A program made the position numbers and the translations under genes. Below the pieces are notes generated by a model, which was not told the DNA's origin, ran no database searches, and saw only the letters and a program-made list of their open reading frames with translations. Source: Candidatus Hydrogenedentota bacterium (lineage in GTDB: Bacteria; Hydrogenedentota; Hydrogenedentia; Hydrogenedentales; JAEUWI01). From it: DNA of 64,000 nt. This document shows positions 18,925 to 29,769 of the stretch, piece by piece. The stretch lies in assembly GCA_034669905.1 (NCBI GenBank), contig JAXMOL010000033.1, positions 8,690-72,689 of the forward strand. Reading direction: 5' to 3'. The stretch's first letter is position 1. Each line of letters starts with the position of its first letter.

Positions 18925-20532
18925 ATGCAAGCCGTCACGATTTTTACCTTTGTCTTTTTTACGGGCCTGGTGGGCTTTATTACCTGGCGGATGACGCGTA
19001 AGGATGATCACGGCACGACGGATGGCTATTTCCTGGCGGGGCGCAGCCTGACGGGCGGCTTCATTGCGGGCTCCCTCATGTTGACCAATCTCTCCACCGA
19101 GCAATTGGTAGGCCTCAACGGCGCGGCCTACACCGACGGCTTCTCCGTCATGGCGTGGGAGGTCATTGCGGCGGTCTCCCTCGTGGTGATGGGCTTGTTT
19201 TTCCTGCCGCGCTACCTGAAGAGCGGCATTGCCACCATCCCGGAATTCCTGGCGCTGCGCTATGACAAACACACCCAATCGATCACCAATGTGATTTTTA
19301 TCTTTGCCTACACGGCCATCTTGTTGCCCATTATTCTGTATACGGGTGCCACGGGGCTCAATGGCATTCTCGACATGCAGGCCCTCACGGGACTCCCCAC
19401 GGAGTCGGCTACCCTCTGGTTTACCGTGTGGATGGTGGGCATCATCGGGTCCATCTACGCCATCTTCGGCGGGCTGCGCACCGTGGCGGTGTCTGACACG
19501 ATCAATGGACTGGGCTTGCTGGTGGGCGGCGTGTTGATTACGTGGTTCGGTCTGCGTACCCTGGGTGGCGATGGGGGATTCTTTCAGGGCCTCGAAATCG
19601 TGAAGACGGTTCACCCCGAAAAGCTGAACTCCATCGGTGGGGCCGAGCAGTCGGTGCCTTTCTCCACCCTCTTTACCGGTGTGCTCTTGCTCAACCTGTT
19701 TTATTGGTGCACCAACCAGCAGATTATTCAGCGGACCTTCGGTGCGAGCAGCCTGAAGGAAGGCCAGAAGGGGGTTCTGCTTGCGGGATTCTTCAAGGTC
19801 CTGGCGCCGCTGATATTGGTGCTTCCGGGTGTCATCGCCTATCACCTCTACGTCGGTGACGACATCAAGGCGGACCATGCCTATGGTACGTTGGTGAACA
19901 ATGTATTGCCCGCGCCCCTGGTAGGATTCTTCGCGGCGGTGCTGGTAGGGGCCATCCTCAGTTCCTTTAACTCCGCCCTCAACAGCACGTGCACCCTCTT
20001 CAGCCTGGGCGTTTACAAGCACTGGATCAAGCCCGATGCCGACCAGGCCCAACTGATCAAGTCCGGTAAAGTCTTCGGCATCATCATCGCCCTCTCTGCC
20101 ATGTGCATCGCCCCCGCCCTCGCGGGACAGGAGAGTATCTTCGGCTACCTTCAGCAGATGAATGGCCTTTATTTTATCCCCATCTTCGCCGTGGTGGTCG
20201 TGGGTATTGCCAACAAGCGGGTACCCGCCTTCGCCGCGAATGTGGCGCTGCTTCTGGGCTTCGCGGCCATCGCCAGCGGCTATTGGATGCCGGGCTTCAA
20301 GACGTTGGCGGGCAAGATTTACGCCTTCCACTACCTGGGTTTGGTCTTCGCCCTGCTGGTGGTCCTGCAATTGGTCCTGGGTGTGATTCGCCCCCGGGAA
20401 ACGGCGTGGGAACAGGCCGATGCCCAGGCGGTGGACCTCACGCCGTGGAAGTATGCGAAACCCGTGGGGGCATTGCTGGTCTTCGTCGTGTTGGCGATTT
20501 ACGTGATGCTTGCGGACCTGTCTGTCCTGTAG
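18925..20532 (+). CDS. Sodium:solute symporter (SSS, YidK-like sugar transporter)
   Basis: [38 protein letters not shown]; about 13 TM helices; GGAGGAG RBS. Confidence 0.92.
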   Translation: MQAVTIFTFVFFTGLVGFITWRMTRKDDHGTTDGYFLAGRSLTGGFIAGSLMLTNLSTEQLVGLNGAAYTDGFSVMAWEVIAAVSLVVMGLFFLPRYLKSGIATIPEFLALRYDKHTQSITNVIFIFAYTAILLPIILYTGATGLNGILDMQALTGLPTESATLWFTVWMVGIIGSIYAIFGGLRTVAVSDTINGLGLLVGGVLITWFGLRTLGGDGGFFQGLEIVKTVHPEKLNSIGGAEQSVPFSTLFTGVLLLNLFYWCTNQQIIQRTFGASSLKEGQKGVLLAGFFKVLAPLILVLPGVIAYHLYVGDDIKADHAYGTLVNNVLPAPLVGFFAAVLVGAILSSFNSALNSTCTLFSLGVYKHWIKPDADQAQLIKSGKVFGIIIALSAMCIAPALAGQESIFGYLQQMNGLYFIPIFAVVVVGIANKRVPAFAANVALLLGFAAIASGYWMPGFKTLAGKIYAFHYLGLVFALLVVLQLVLGVIRPRETAWEQADAQAVDLTPWKYAKPVGALLVFVVLAIYVMLADLSVL

Positions 20533-20575
20533 GTGTACTTCCGGCAGGGGAGCAGGTGCGCGCGTCGCGGAAAGC

Positions 20576-20992
20576 TCAGGGCGCCGTGTGGACCTTCCGC
20601 TCGTTCTTTGGATCGACGGCGGGGTTCCCTCCCAGTTTGAGCCCCAGGTAGTAGGCCTTCGCAATGGGTCGGGGCACGCCATCTTTCACGCAAATCTTTT
20701 GGAAGAGGCGGTCGGCCGGATCTTTGTGATCCTTCTTCGTCAGCTTTCGCAAACGGATAAGCTGGTACAGGGCGTCGTGTACCAATGAGGCGCGCATGTT
20801 GCGATCTGTGTCGACGACCGGGCCCGATGGGCCATCCCAGGCGTAGCCTTCGGCGATGTGCAGGGTGCCGTCCAGTGCCAGTTTCACAAAGGGGGTGTCA
20901 ATATCCCTTTTCGGCTTTATCCCGCTGGCGAGGAAGTAGTCATTCGCCAATTGATACTTGTAGCCACTGCGATAGGTAATTTGTTCTGCCAC
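20576..20992 (-). CDS. DUF1353-like protein
   Basis: GYAWDGPS...ASLVHDALYQ...ADRLF pattern; GTG start with GGGAG RBS. Confidence 0.75.
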   Translation of the reverse strand: MAEQITYRSGYKYQLANDYFLASGIKPKRDIDTPFVKLALDGTLHIAEGYAWDGPSGPVVDTDRNMRASLVHDALYQLIRLRKLTKKDHKDPADRLFQKICVKDGVPRPIAKAYYLGLKLGGNPAVDPKNERKVHTAP

Positions 20993-21073
20993 GATTCTTG
21001 CTCCCTACGTAAGTTTTCCGGAATATTTTTCTCACGATACGCGCGCGAGTTCCCGTGTATTGCGAACAAGCTG

Positions 21074-23608
21074 TCACGGGGCCCGCACGGAGAAGTTAAC
21101 CGTCATTTTCAGGCCCGCTGTGAGGTCCCGTACCTGGAGGGTCCACGATCCCGGCAGGTCATTCAAGCCTGCCTCAAAGGGCACGGTGAGCAGGCCGTTG
21201 CGGGCGCAATGGAAACCGCTGTAGGCGTTAAGCGCCCCGTCGGCATCCGTGATGGTCAATTCCAACGGCTGCAGCCCAGCCAGCGGTGCGCCCCGTCCAT
21301 CTTCCACGAAGATATGGAGGGAAGCCCGCTCACCGAGAAAAACCTCCGACGGCGGGACAAAACGAAGGCGTTCCGCTGCTTCCGGATAGAGCGCCAGGAT
21401 GGTGCCACCCAGCTCGTCCAGCCCAACTGGGATGTGCCAGCCCGATGCGTCGCGGGTTGCGGGCAACGCCGTGTGGCGCACCATGTCGTAGGCGACCAGG
21501 GTGTCACCGGGCCAATCGCGCAGGGTCACCGTGGTGTCGATGGGCACGAGCTTATCGAGGACGGCCTTGTATTGCTTGCCCGCCCGCTCGCCGTATTCCC
21601 GGTTGTCGTTTATCAGCACCAGGTAGCGGGTGCCGTCCTTTTCGAGTGCGTTGAGGAGAACCCGTGGCGTGTCGCAATAGACTTCGGGTTCCACCTTGCC
21701 CTTCAGGCCCGCCTTCAATTGGGCCGCGTAGCCCTCCATGATGCGCTGGTCATCCAGGGCCGTCACGCCGACCACTTCCTGTAAGGCCGCGCTGTCGGGT
21801 TGGAGCTGATCGTTCCAGTTGGCGAAGTCGGTATTGTTCGCGATGGCGTTTGCGCTGATTTTCTTCCGGTAGGTGAAGTCGAAATCGAAGTGCAGCACAT
21901 TGGGCAATTCCGGGCCGAGGTATTGGTCGGCAATGACTACCCCGCCACGGGCCTGGAAGGCCTGTACTTCGCGATACACTGACTCGGTTAAGGCATCGCA
22001 CTTGGGCAACACCAGCACGTCGTAGTCCCCCAGGCCATGCCGTTCGATGGTCTCGTCGAGCAGCACATCGGCGTTGAGATGGTTCATGGCGAGGAGGGTA
22101 TAAAAATGGTATATCTGGAGGTTGCGATAGTGGCCCAGCAGGTTGGGCGACGTGCCGTGGATGCCCGATGCCATGGAGCTGAGCACGGCGATTCGACGGG
22201 GTGCGATGTCTGCCTGGGTCAACAAGGGGCCGAGGGGCTTGAAGACCTTTTCGCTCAACTCCCGGATGGCTTCGCTGGTGGCATAGGGCACGTTGACCGT
22301 GTCTTCGCCCTGGGGATTGCAGGCGCTGGAGTAGTAGTAGCCCAGCGCCTTGGGGGCCCGGGACAGGTTGATCCACGTGGTGACCTTGGTCCGCGCGGGG
22401 CCCATGAGCATCCAATCCTCCGTGGGGGCGAGTTGGCCCGGGTAGTTGAGGAGGGTGACCGTGTGCAATGCTTCCGACCTGGTCCGACCACAGGCGGCCC
22501 GCAGGGTCTCGACGAACAGCATGAACTTGGGGTCCGGGTTGGTGTAGGTCCAGGTGCTGACGGCGTCGATGCCGGGGAACATATCCAGGAATCCCGCCTC
22601 GCGGTAGGGGTCATTCACCGTCATGATGTCGGGGCGGTAACGCTTAATCATCTCGGAGGTGCGCTGGTTGGCGAGGACCAGGCCGTTGCCCTGCTGGTAG
22701 TGGAATTTCCAGAATCGATAGAGCGGATCGTCATCGGCCAGGACGCCCTTCGCTACCCAGTGGGGCTCCTTGGCAGGTCGTTCGGTCGTGCCCAGCGCCT
22801 CCTCCATGAGGGCAAGCCCCGCCGCGTTCCGGTTCGTCTCGAGTCCATCGACAATCTCCGTGTTGAAGAAGGCGGTCTTCACCTGGGGAAAATGCTGGAC
22901 GAATTCCATGAGCTTCCGATTGGCGTCATTCTGAATTCGGGCGACCTCAGGATGGAAGGGATTGGCGACGGGCTTTTTCTCATGGGATTCCATGGCCACG
23001 TTGGTGGCGTCGGGATCGTCCAGCGTGGTGGGGTCTACATCGCGCAGGCCGCCGTTGGGGCGAATCCCCACATCACCTCCGGCCACCAGCGCCTGATCCA
23101 GCGCGCGAATCCAGTTATCCGCCGTGTAGTCCGTCTCCCAGCCGGGACCGGAGAGGGTGGTGAAGCCGTGGTCCATGTACCAGGAGGAGCCGCCACCGCC
23201 CCAGAGCCAGATCATCATCCGGTCGGGGTTGGGCGCATGAACGGTCGTCAATACAGTGGGTTCCGAGCGGACTTCCGCCACCGGGTTGCTGTAGTGCCCG
23301 CGAAGTTCATAGGCCCCGGCCTTGAGTTGGGACAAGGGAAGGGCCTGACCCGTGTGATAGGTCGCGCCCGGGGCCACCGTGGGTACGGCGTCACGAAACG
23401 TCTCGACGTCTCCCAATTCCACGACCACTTCGCCCGCCGCGAGAGGGGTGTCCCCCGTGTTTTTAAGTGCAACGCCCACCACCGGTGTTTCGCTACGGTG
23501 GTAGGCGTGGCGATTCAACGGCGTGGTGATGGAAAGCGTGACGGTATCGGCACCGGGTGCCGCGAGGGCACACATCAACATGAGAAGGAAACAAGAGCGT
23601 TTGAGCAT
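21074..23608 (-). CDS. Secreted hypothetical protein, putative glycoside hydrolase with a GH42-trimerisation-like domain
   Basis: Signal peptide MLKRSCFLLMLMCALAA; N-terminal Ig-like part; RIAVL...LGDYDVLVLP..FQARGGVVIAD (class I GATase-like fold); C-terminal NDLPGSWTLQVRD. Confidence 0.65.
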   Translation of the reverse strand: MLKRSCFLLMLMCALAAPGADTVTLSITTPLNRHAYHRSETPVVGVALKNTGDTPLAAGEVVVELGDVETFRDAVPTVAPGATYHTGQALPLSQLKAGAYELRGHYSNPVAEVRSEPTVLTTVHAPNPDRMMIWLWGGGGSSWYMDHGFTTLSGPGWETDYTADNWIRALDQALVAGGDVGIRPNGGLRDVDPTTLDDPDATNVAMESHEKKPVANPFHPEVARIQNDANRKLMEFVQHFPQVKTAFFNTEIVDGLETNRNAAGLALMEEALGTTERPAKEPHWVAKGVLADDDPLYRFWKFHYQQGNGLVLANQRTSEMIKRYRPDIMTVNDPYREAGFLDMFPGIDAVSTWTYTNPDPKFMLFVETLRAACGRTRSEALHTVTLLNYPGQLAPTEDWMLMGPARTKVTTWINLSRAPKALGYYYSSACNPQGEDTVNVPYATSEAIRELSEKVFKPLGPLLTQADIAPRRIAVLSSMASGIHGTSPNLLGHYRNLQIYHFYTLLAMNHLNADVLLDETIERHGLGDYDVLVLPKCDALTESVYREVQAFQARGGVVIADQYLGPELPNVLHFDFDFTYRKKISANAIANNTDFANWNDQLQPDSAALQEVVGVTALDDQRIMEGYAAQLKAGLKGKVEPEVYCDTPRVLLNALEKDGTRYLVLINDNREYGERAGKQYKAVLDKLVPIDTTVTLRDWPGDTLVAYDMVRHTALPATRDASGWHIPVGLDELGGTILALYPEAAERLRFVPPSEVFLGERASLHIFVEDGRGAPLAGLQPLELTITDADGALNAYSGFHCARNGLLTVPFEAGLNDLPGSWTLQVRDLTAGLKMTVNFSVRAP

Positions 23609-23806
23609 TATGAATTTCCTGAGCGTTTGAGTACACTTCACCGGACCAGACGCATGAAATTGAACGGCGTGGGCCGTCCCACTACCATAGGGGATCGATT
23701 GTAGTGTCTGCCTCAACGGGATTCCACCCCCGACTGACGGCGGGCGCTTGAATGCTCGAAGAGACATGGGCGGGGCCGCAGGGTCCCGTTGGAAAGATGA
23801 CCCGCT

Positions 23807-26746
23807 TTGCAAAATAGATCCACTATTCTAACGGTTACTTTGACGTCCCGTCTCCTGGTCTTAGTGGCGTGCCTGGCGGCTTTGTCCGCTCATTCCGACG
23901 ACTGGCCCACGTGGCGTCATGACGCAAGCCGTAGCAACCACACCTTGGAGGCACTTCCATCGGAGCGGCACCTCCAGTGGAAGCGGGTCTTGCCGCCGGT
24001 TAAACCGGCCTTCCACAAGGCGCGCCTTCAGTTTGACGCGGGCTACGAGCCGATTGTCGCGGAGAAATCCGTGTTTGTCGCCTTGCCCGATGTGGATGCC
24101 GTCGTGTCCTACGCCCTGGATACCGGGGCGGAGCAGTGGCGCTTTTACACGGCGGGCCCGGTGCGTCTGGCACCCGTGGCGGGGGAAGGGAAGCTCTACT
24201 TCGGTTCCGATGACGGTCACCTCCATTGTCTCGATGCCACCACGGGCACCTTGCAGTGGAAGTTTCGCGCCGTGCCTTCCACGCGAAAAATCTTTGGCAA
24301 CGGCCGCCTCATTTCCGTGTGGCCCCTGCGCGGTGGGCCGGTCCTGGCAGATGGCACAATCTATTTTGCCGCGGGCGTGTGGCCCCTCGAGGGCGTCTTT
24401 GTTTACGCGCTGGACGCCAAAACGGGCGCGGTGAAGTGGGTGAACGACCGCTGCGGTTCCCTGTTTGGCCAGACGCCCCACGGGGGACAGGCCATAGGCG
24501 GTCTTACGCCCCAGGGCTATCTGCTCGTCAATGGCGATGACCTGGTGGTCCCCTGTGGAACCGCGAAGCCCGCCACCTTGAACCGGCACACCGGCGAGCT
24601 TATCGATTTTAAGCTCCCCGGTGAGGGCCGTGCGCCGGGTGGTTGGTTCATGATGGCCGATACCCAGGAAGCCCGGGATATTCGCCGGGGCAAGATCCAG
24701 TTTGACAGCGAGGTAAACCAGGACCTCCATGAGGACAAGCCCCAGCCGGGGGATGGTGTCCCCGGCATTCGTCGTCAACTTCGCATGGGGGATGAGACCC
24801 TGTCCTACGGCGATGGGATAGACGGCGTGGAGGGCACCATCCACAGCATGGCAATCGCGGGAGGACGGCTCCTCGTGACCACCCTCGAAGGGGCGCTCTA
24901 TTGCTACGGCGCCGAAGCGGTCACGCCACAGACCTACCCGTTGGCCGTGCCTGTACACAAGGAAATTCCACTGAGCGCGCCGGTTGCCACTGCGTTGGAC
25001 GCCCTTCGCGTTCAGGAAGGCTATGCGCTGGTGCTGGGTTCGGACCGCGGAGACGTGGCCCGGCAACTGGCGGCCCATAGTGGGCTGCGCGTGTTGCTTT
25101 CCCTTCCCCAGGCAGAAGCAGGGGAAAAGCTCCGTCGCGAATTGGGGCAAGCGGGATTGCTGAATAATCCCATCTCCGTGTTAGCGGGGGACTTACTCCA
25201 ACTGTCCCTGCCGCCCTACTTCGCCGACCTCATTGTGGTAGACGATGACGGGTTGATGGATTGGAGCGATGCCCGCCTTGTTGCGGTGTATGAATGTCTT
25301 CGTCCCTATGGCGGTGTGGCCTGTCTTCCCCTGTCGCCCGATAGGGAGGTGCAGCTCCGCAGTGCCTTGGATGACGCGGGATACGGCGAGGCGACGATAG
25401 AACGTGAGGGGGAACTGGTTTATCTGCGGCGGGAGGGTGCGCTGCCGGGGTCGGTGGATTACACCAAAGATTGGACCGCCCCCGACGAACGGGTACGCGC
25501 GCCGCTCGGCATGCTGTGGTACGACGATTCGGTGGCCCATTTCAAGCGGGCGCCCCAACCGCACATTATCGGTGGCGTCATGGTTTCCCGGGACAAAGAA
25601 TGGACCGGTGAGCGGGTGACAGCCGGCCCAGTGAATCAATTGCAGGAAGACGGCACCGGTCGCTTTGTCATTGGGGAAGCCCGTTTCACCGATGTCTATA
25701 CCGGGCGCGTCATGACCCGCGAAGAGGCCGAGGCTCGGATGGGCCCCGCACCGGAAGGGCCAGCGGAAGACTTTCGACCACCCTATCAATACCGCCCGCC
25801 CTATGTGGACGCCTACTATGCGGAGCACAAGGCCAAGGGCACCAATCCCGGCGTGTTCCCCTTTCTGGTGAAGCGCGAGAAGGGTGAAATGGTGAATCCC
25901 ATCACGGGTGAGTCTGAAACGCGCCGTTACGTAAAGAGCTATGGCTGTGACGGCGGCAATGACTACGGCCATTTAATTACTATGCGCTCAGCCACCCCGG
26001 CCTTCTACGACAAGCGGATCGAAAGCGGCACCATCAACATCAGTGGTCCCCGTTCCGGCTGTACCAACAGCATCATCCCCGCCAATGGCGTTCTGAATAT
26101 GCCCTACTTTTACGACGGCTGTGTGTGCAGCTATCCCTTGCCCACGGGCGCGTCACTGGTCTCCATGCCCCAGAGCTTCGAGCAGTGGACGGCCTGGGGA
26201 CCGGGTAAGATCGGGCCCATGGCACGCATTGGTATCAACCTCGGTGCGCCGGGCGATCGGATGACCAACGAAGGCACGCTCTTCGTCGATTACCCCAGCG
26301 TGGGCGGGCCCTCGCCCGAGATTGGGGTAGCGACCGTACCCGAGCATCCCGATTTTTTCTATCACCACGCGGTGTTCCATGAAGGGGGAGCCGGGTGGCC
26401 CTGGGTCACCAGTTCCGGGGTGGAAGGGCTTACGTCCTTGCAGGTCACGGGACTCAAGGCGGGTAGTTTTACGGTCCGGCTTTATTTCATTGAGCCCCAG
26501 CACACCGAGAAGGGTGCGCGCATACTCAATGTGGCGATACAGGGCAAAATGGCATTAGAGCACTTCGACATCGTGGCCGAGGCCGGCGGCAGCATGCGCG
26601 GCGTCGTAAAGGAATTTACGGATGTCGCGATTGACGGAAACTGTAAGATTGCCCTCGAATCCGTGAAGGGTGCAACCCTGCTCAGCGGTATCGAACTGGT
26701 GTTCGCCGGTCTGCCCGTCGACCCGATCGTGGTCGCAGCGCGTTAG
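23807..26746 (+). CDS. PQQ-like (BamB-type) beta-propeller + methyltransferase-like domain + malectin domain
   Basis: DWPTWRHDASRS; repeated LDAxTGxxxW blades; YALVLG..LPPYFADLIV..LRPYGG; C-terminal TVRLYFIE..FDIVAEAGG..LLSGIE. Start uncertain (TTG at 23807 or 23840). Confidence 0.8.
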   Translation: MQNRSTILTVTLTSRLLVLVACLAALSAHSDDWPTWRHDASRSNHTLEALPSERHLQWKRVLPPVKPAFHKARLQFDAGYEPIVAEKSVFVALPDVDAVVSYALDTGAEQWRFYTAGPVRLAPVAGEGKLYFGSDDGHLHCLDATTGTLQWKFRAVPSTRKIFGNGRLISVWPLRGGPVLADGTIYFAAGVWPLEGVFVYALDAKTGAVKWVNDRCGSLFGQTPHGGQAIGGLTPQGYLLVNGDDLVVPCGTAKPATLNRHTGELIDFKLPGEGRAPGGWFMMADTQEARDIRRGKIQFDSEVNQDLHEDKPQPGDGVPGIRRQLRMGDETLSYGDGIDGVEGTIHSMAIAGGRLLVTTLEGALYCYGAEAVTPQTYPLAVPVHKEIPLSAPVATALDALRVQEGYALVLGSDRGDVARQLAAHSGLRVLLSLPQAEAGEKLRRELGQAGLLNNPISVLAGDLLQLSLPPYFADLIVVDDDGLMDWSDARLVAVYECLRPYGGVACLPLSPDREVQLRSALDDAGYGEATIEREGELVYLRREGALPGSVDYTKDWTAPDERVRAPLGMLWYDDSVAHFKRAPQPHIIGGVMVSRDKEWTGERVTAGPVNQLQEDGTGRFVIGEARFTDVYTGRVMTREEAEARMGPAPEGPAEDFRPPYQYRPPYVDAYYAEHKAKGTNPGVFPFLVKREKGEMVNPITGESETRRYVKSYGCDGGNDYGHLITMRSATPAFYDKRIESGTINISGPRSGCTNSIIPANGVLNMPYFYDGCVCSYPLPTGASLVSMPQSFEQWTAWGPGKIGPMARIGINLGAPGDRMTNEGTLFVDYPSVGGPSPEIGVATVPEHPDFFYHHAVFHEGGAGWPWVTSSGVEGLTSLQVTGLKAGSFTVRLYFIEPQHTEKGARILNVAIQGKMALEHFDIVAEAGGSMRGVVKEFTDVAIDGNCKIALESVKGATLLSGIELVFAGLPVDPIVVAAR

Positions 26747-26790
26747 TCGCACGGGTGAGTAAAAGAAACACACGAAGAACGCCACCGAAA

Positions 26791-26950
26791 GGAGCGCGGA
26801 CATTCCTGTCCGCGGCAAGGCAGACTCGGATGCGAGAGCCCACGTATGGGCTGGAATGGAAACCGGATAGATTCGGTTTGGGTCCAGAGCTGGGATGCGT
26901 GGCTTTCTACAAGGCGTTGGGCCAGTGTTTCCGCAGACAGGAATGTCCGC
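26791..26950. repeat. REP-like palindrome pair
   Basis: GCGGACATTCCTGTCCGC near 26796 and an inverted GCAGACAGGAATGTCCGC near 26933. Confidence 0.7.
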
Positions 26951-27135
26951 AATCCGAGGGACGTTTTTGTTTCCTATCTTAACGCGGAATGCTACTATGC
27001 ACCCTTCGAAAAATTCCCGTTAATTTGGGCTGTGCGCTTGAAGGAACAAGCGACCATTACGGGCGAATAGGTGGGTTTGTATTTTCCGGGTTGCCCTGTA
27101 ACCAGGTCGCCCTTGACGATTTCAAAGGAGAACTC

Positions 27136-27927
27136 ATGAAGAAGATTATCTGTAACGTGTTGGCGTCGGTCGTCGTTTTGTTCGCAATTGCGGGTTGTCA
27201 GAGCATCGGTGCTGATTCGGGCGACGTCAAGCCTATCAAGGCGCTGCTCATCACGGGGGGATGTTGTCATGACTATGACGCCCAAACGCGGCTTCTCATG
27301 GCGGGCATTGGAAAATATGCCAATGTGGAGTTTGACGTTGTTCAGGAAGGCGAGGGCACGGAGCATGTGCATTCTGTTTTCAAAAAAGAAAACTGGACCC
27401 GGGGTTATGACGTCGTCATTCACAATGAATGTTCTGCCGACGTGGGCGATGACGTGGGCAATGCGGTGGCCAAAGAGCATTTCGAATCCGGCACCGGCGC
27501 CGTTATGATTCACTGCGCCTTCCACACCTTCCGTAAAATGGAAGGGGATGCCTGGCGTGCCACCCTGGGCGCGACGTCCAAGCGGCACACCCACCAGAAG
27601 CCCATCGCCGTTACCTTCGACGAGCCGACCCATCCGATTCTGGTCGGCACAGAAGAATTCGTAACGGGCGACGAGGAACTCTATATCATCGACAAGATTT
27701 TCGAGCATTCTCTCCCCATCGCAACCGGCCACCAGGGAGAAAACGTGTATCCCCTCATGTTCGCCAATGAATACGGGAAGGCCAAAATATTTAGCGTGAC
27801 GGTGGGCCACAACACCGAGACCTTCGAAATTGAGGAATGGATGCATATCGTGGCGAAGGGCCTGTTGTGGTCCTGCGATAAAATAAACGAGGACGGGACG
27901 GCAAAGGCGGGCTACGGCCCTCGGTAG
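27136..27927 (+). CDS. ThuA-domain (class I GATase-like) lipoprotein
   Basis: Lipobox IAGC; ALLITGGCCHDY, YDVVIHNEC, EELY, YGKAKIFSVTVGH; AAGGAG RBS. Confidence 0.85.
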   Translation: MKKIICNVLASVVVLFAIAGCQSIGADSGDVKPIKALLITGGCCHDYDAQTRLLMAGIGKYANVEFDVVQEGEGTEHVHSVFKKENWTRGYDVVIHNECSADVGDDVGNAVAKEHFESGTGAVMIHCAFHTFRKMEGDAWRATLGATSKRHTHQKPIAVTFDEPTHPILVGTEEFVTGDEELYIIDKIFEHSLPIATGHQGENVYPLMFANEYGKAKIFSVTVGHNTETFEIEEWMHIVAKGLLWSCDKINEDGTAKAGYGPR

Positions 27928-28046
27928 TGGATCGCTTCAACGTTAGGGGGATACTTCGTTGGTCCCTTTCATCTGCCCCTCCCGGACAATTCCCCTCTCC
28001 GGAGGGGACCTTCCAAAAAGTAATTTAAATCACTAAATTGGCCTGA

Positions 28047-28209
28047 GTGCCACGGGCAGGCCCGGTAGGGTTTGCCCGTGTAAAAACTCATACAGGCTGT
28101 AGACACTCGTAACACGTAAACCGAAGATGGTGTTCTTAATACAGGGTCTATGGACACTTTTGGATACCAAGACACGTCACGGGCAATCTTGATCGCCTGC
28201 CCGTGGCAC
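28047..28209. repeat. REP-doublet element with 15-bp terminal inverted repeat GTGCCACGGGCAGGC
   Basis: Perfect IR at 28047-28061 / 28195-28209; a related half-copy at about 53898-53931. Confidence 0.75.
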
Positions 28210-28245
28210 CCAAAGTCCCTGCTGCGGAGTATGGCCAGACTTGAA

Positions 28246-28594
28246 CTAGTGGTCTGAACTAAGCAGATGGGCCATTATTGAGCGCCTTTCCGCTGGGCAA
28301 GAATAGATTTGGAAACCGATGTGTGTTGTAGCGATGTTCTATGAGACGGGCTTTCAGCCCTCCGTGGATGAAGCGGGCCGAAAACATGGGGCTTCGCCCC
28401 ATGCTGGTATGTTGCCGGGCCGTTGGCCCTAAAAAAAGAGAAACGGCAACGACGATTTTTTCAGCGCCAAAGGCGCGCCCCATATCAGCCTGGGGCGAAG
28501 CCCCAGGAATAAGAACAAAAAATTATGGACAGGGCTGAAAGCCCGATTCATTTTACGCAAGAAAAAAGCCTTCAACTACAGTTCAGACCACTAG
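28246..28594. mobile_element. MITE-like element with 15-bp TIRs (CTAGTGGTCTGAACT) enclosing REP palindromes
   Basis: CTAGTGGTCTGAACT at 28246-28260 and AGTTCAGACCACTAG at 28580-28594; inside, CGGGCTTTCAGCCCT ... AGGGCTGAAAGCCCG and CCTGGGGCGAAGCCCCAGG. No coding capacity. Confidence 0.65.
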
Positions 28595-28659
28595 AAATTC
28601 ACCGCAACGTAATGACCCATCTGATTGATTCAGACCACCAACACCAGGAAACACCGGCA

Positions 28660-29643
28660 ATGAAGTATTACGCCCTTCTCTGTATTGCAACCACGCTCAC
28701 CCTGACTGGCGCGGCAACCGCCAACGAAAGCGTTCCCAGCGAAAAGCCCCGGGTCATTGTGTCCACCGACATTGGCGGCAGCGATCCCGATGACTTCCAG
28801 TCCATGGTCCATTACCTGGTCTATGCCGACCGTTTCGACACCGAAGGCCTCATCAGTTCACCACCCCACGAAGGGCGCGTGACCCATATTTTGGAGGCGC
28901 TTAGGGCCTATGAGAAAGATTTCCCGAATCTGCGTACGTGGTCATCGGCCTATCCGACGCCCGATGCGTTACGGGCCGTGACCCTTCAGGGCGCCACCGA
29001 AGTGCAAGCGGGCGATCTCCCCGACGGTACCGTGAACGACGGGGCGCGCCATCTCATTGAGCGTGCCCATGCGAAGGATAGCCGCCCCCTCTATGTGCTG
29101 GCCTGGGGCTCGATGACCGACGTGGCCATCGCGGTGCATGCCGACCCCACCATCAAGAAGACGATTCGCATCTATTCCATTGGCTCCTGGAACACGAAAC
29201 AGGACAAGAAATCGCGCGATTACCTGGTTAAACATCACCCCGACTTGTGGTGGATCGAATGCGACACCACCTTTCGGGGCATGTACATGGGCGGCGTTCA
29301 GGACGGTGAATGGGGTAACCTCGGTTTTACCGAGGCAAACGTCACGGGCCATGGTGCCTTGGGTGCGCTCTTCATGGCGCAAAAGGCCGACATCAAAATG
29401 AGCGACACGGCGTGTGTTTACTACCTGCTCCACGGCGACCCCGATACCCCCGAATCGGCACACTGGGGTGGGGCCTTCATTCGTCCCGACCCGGAGAAGC
29501 GTCCGACCTATTGGCACGATAACCCGGACCCCGCGTTGGCCGTGAAAGACAAGTGGGGTGCGGTCACGGTGAACCGTTGGCGGAAGGACTTCCTGGAAGA
29601 CTGGAAACATCGGATGGACCGGGCGCAGCATCCCAAAGAATAG
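28660..29643 (+). CDS. DUF1593 / nucleoside hydrolase-like secreted protein (copy 1)
   Basis: Signal peptide; KPRVIVSTDIGGSDPDDFQSMVHYLVY, RPLYVLAWGS. Confidence 0.85.
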   Translation: MKYYALLCIATTLTLTGAATANESVPSEKPRVIVSTDIGGSDPDDFQSMVHYLVYADRFDTEGLISSPPHEGRVTHILEALRAYEKDFPNLRTWSSAYPTPDALRAVTLQGATEVQAGDLPDGTVNDGARHLIERAHAKDSRPLYVLAWGSMTDVAIAVHADPTIKKTIRIYSIGSWNTKQDKKSRDYLVKHHPDLWWIECDTTFRGMYMGGVQDGEWGNLGFTEANVTGHGALGALFMAQKADIKMSDTACVYYLLHGDPDTPESAHWGGAFIRPDPEKRPTYWHDNPDPALAVKDKWGAVTVNRWRKDFLEDWKHRMDRAQHPKE

Positions 29644-29769
29644 AAAGAGGGGTGCGGCACCCGGGCGAGGAGGCGTTGGAGGCGGTAGATAGTGGCGGGT
29701 ACGGGAACGTATTAGTTCAGAACGGGCGATTCATCGCCCCAAACCATTCCAGCAACAAGGAGTTTCAGG

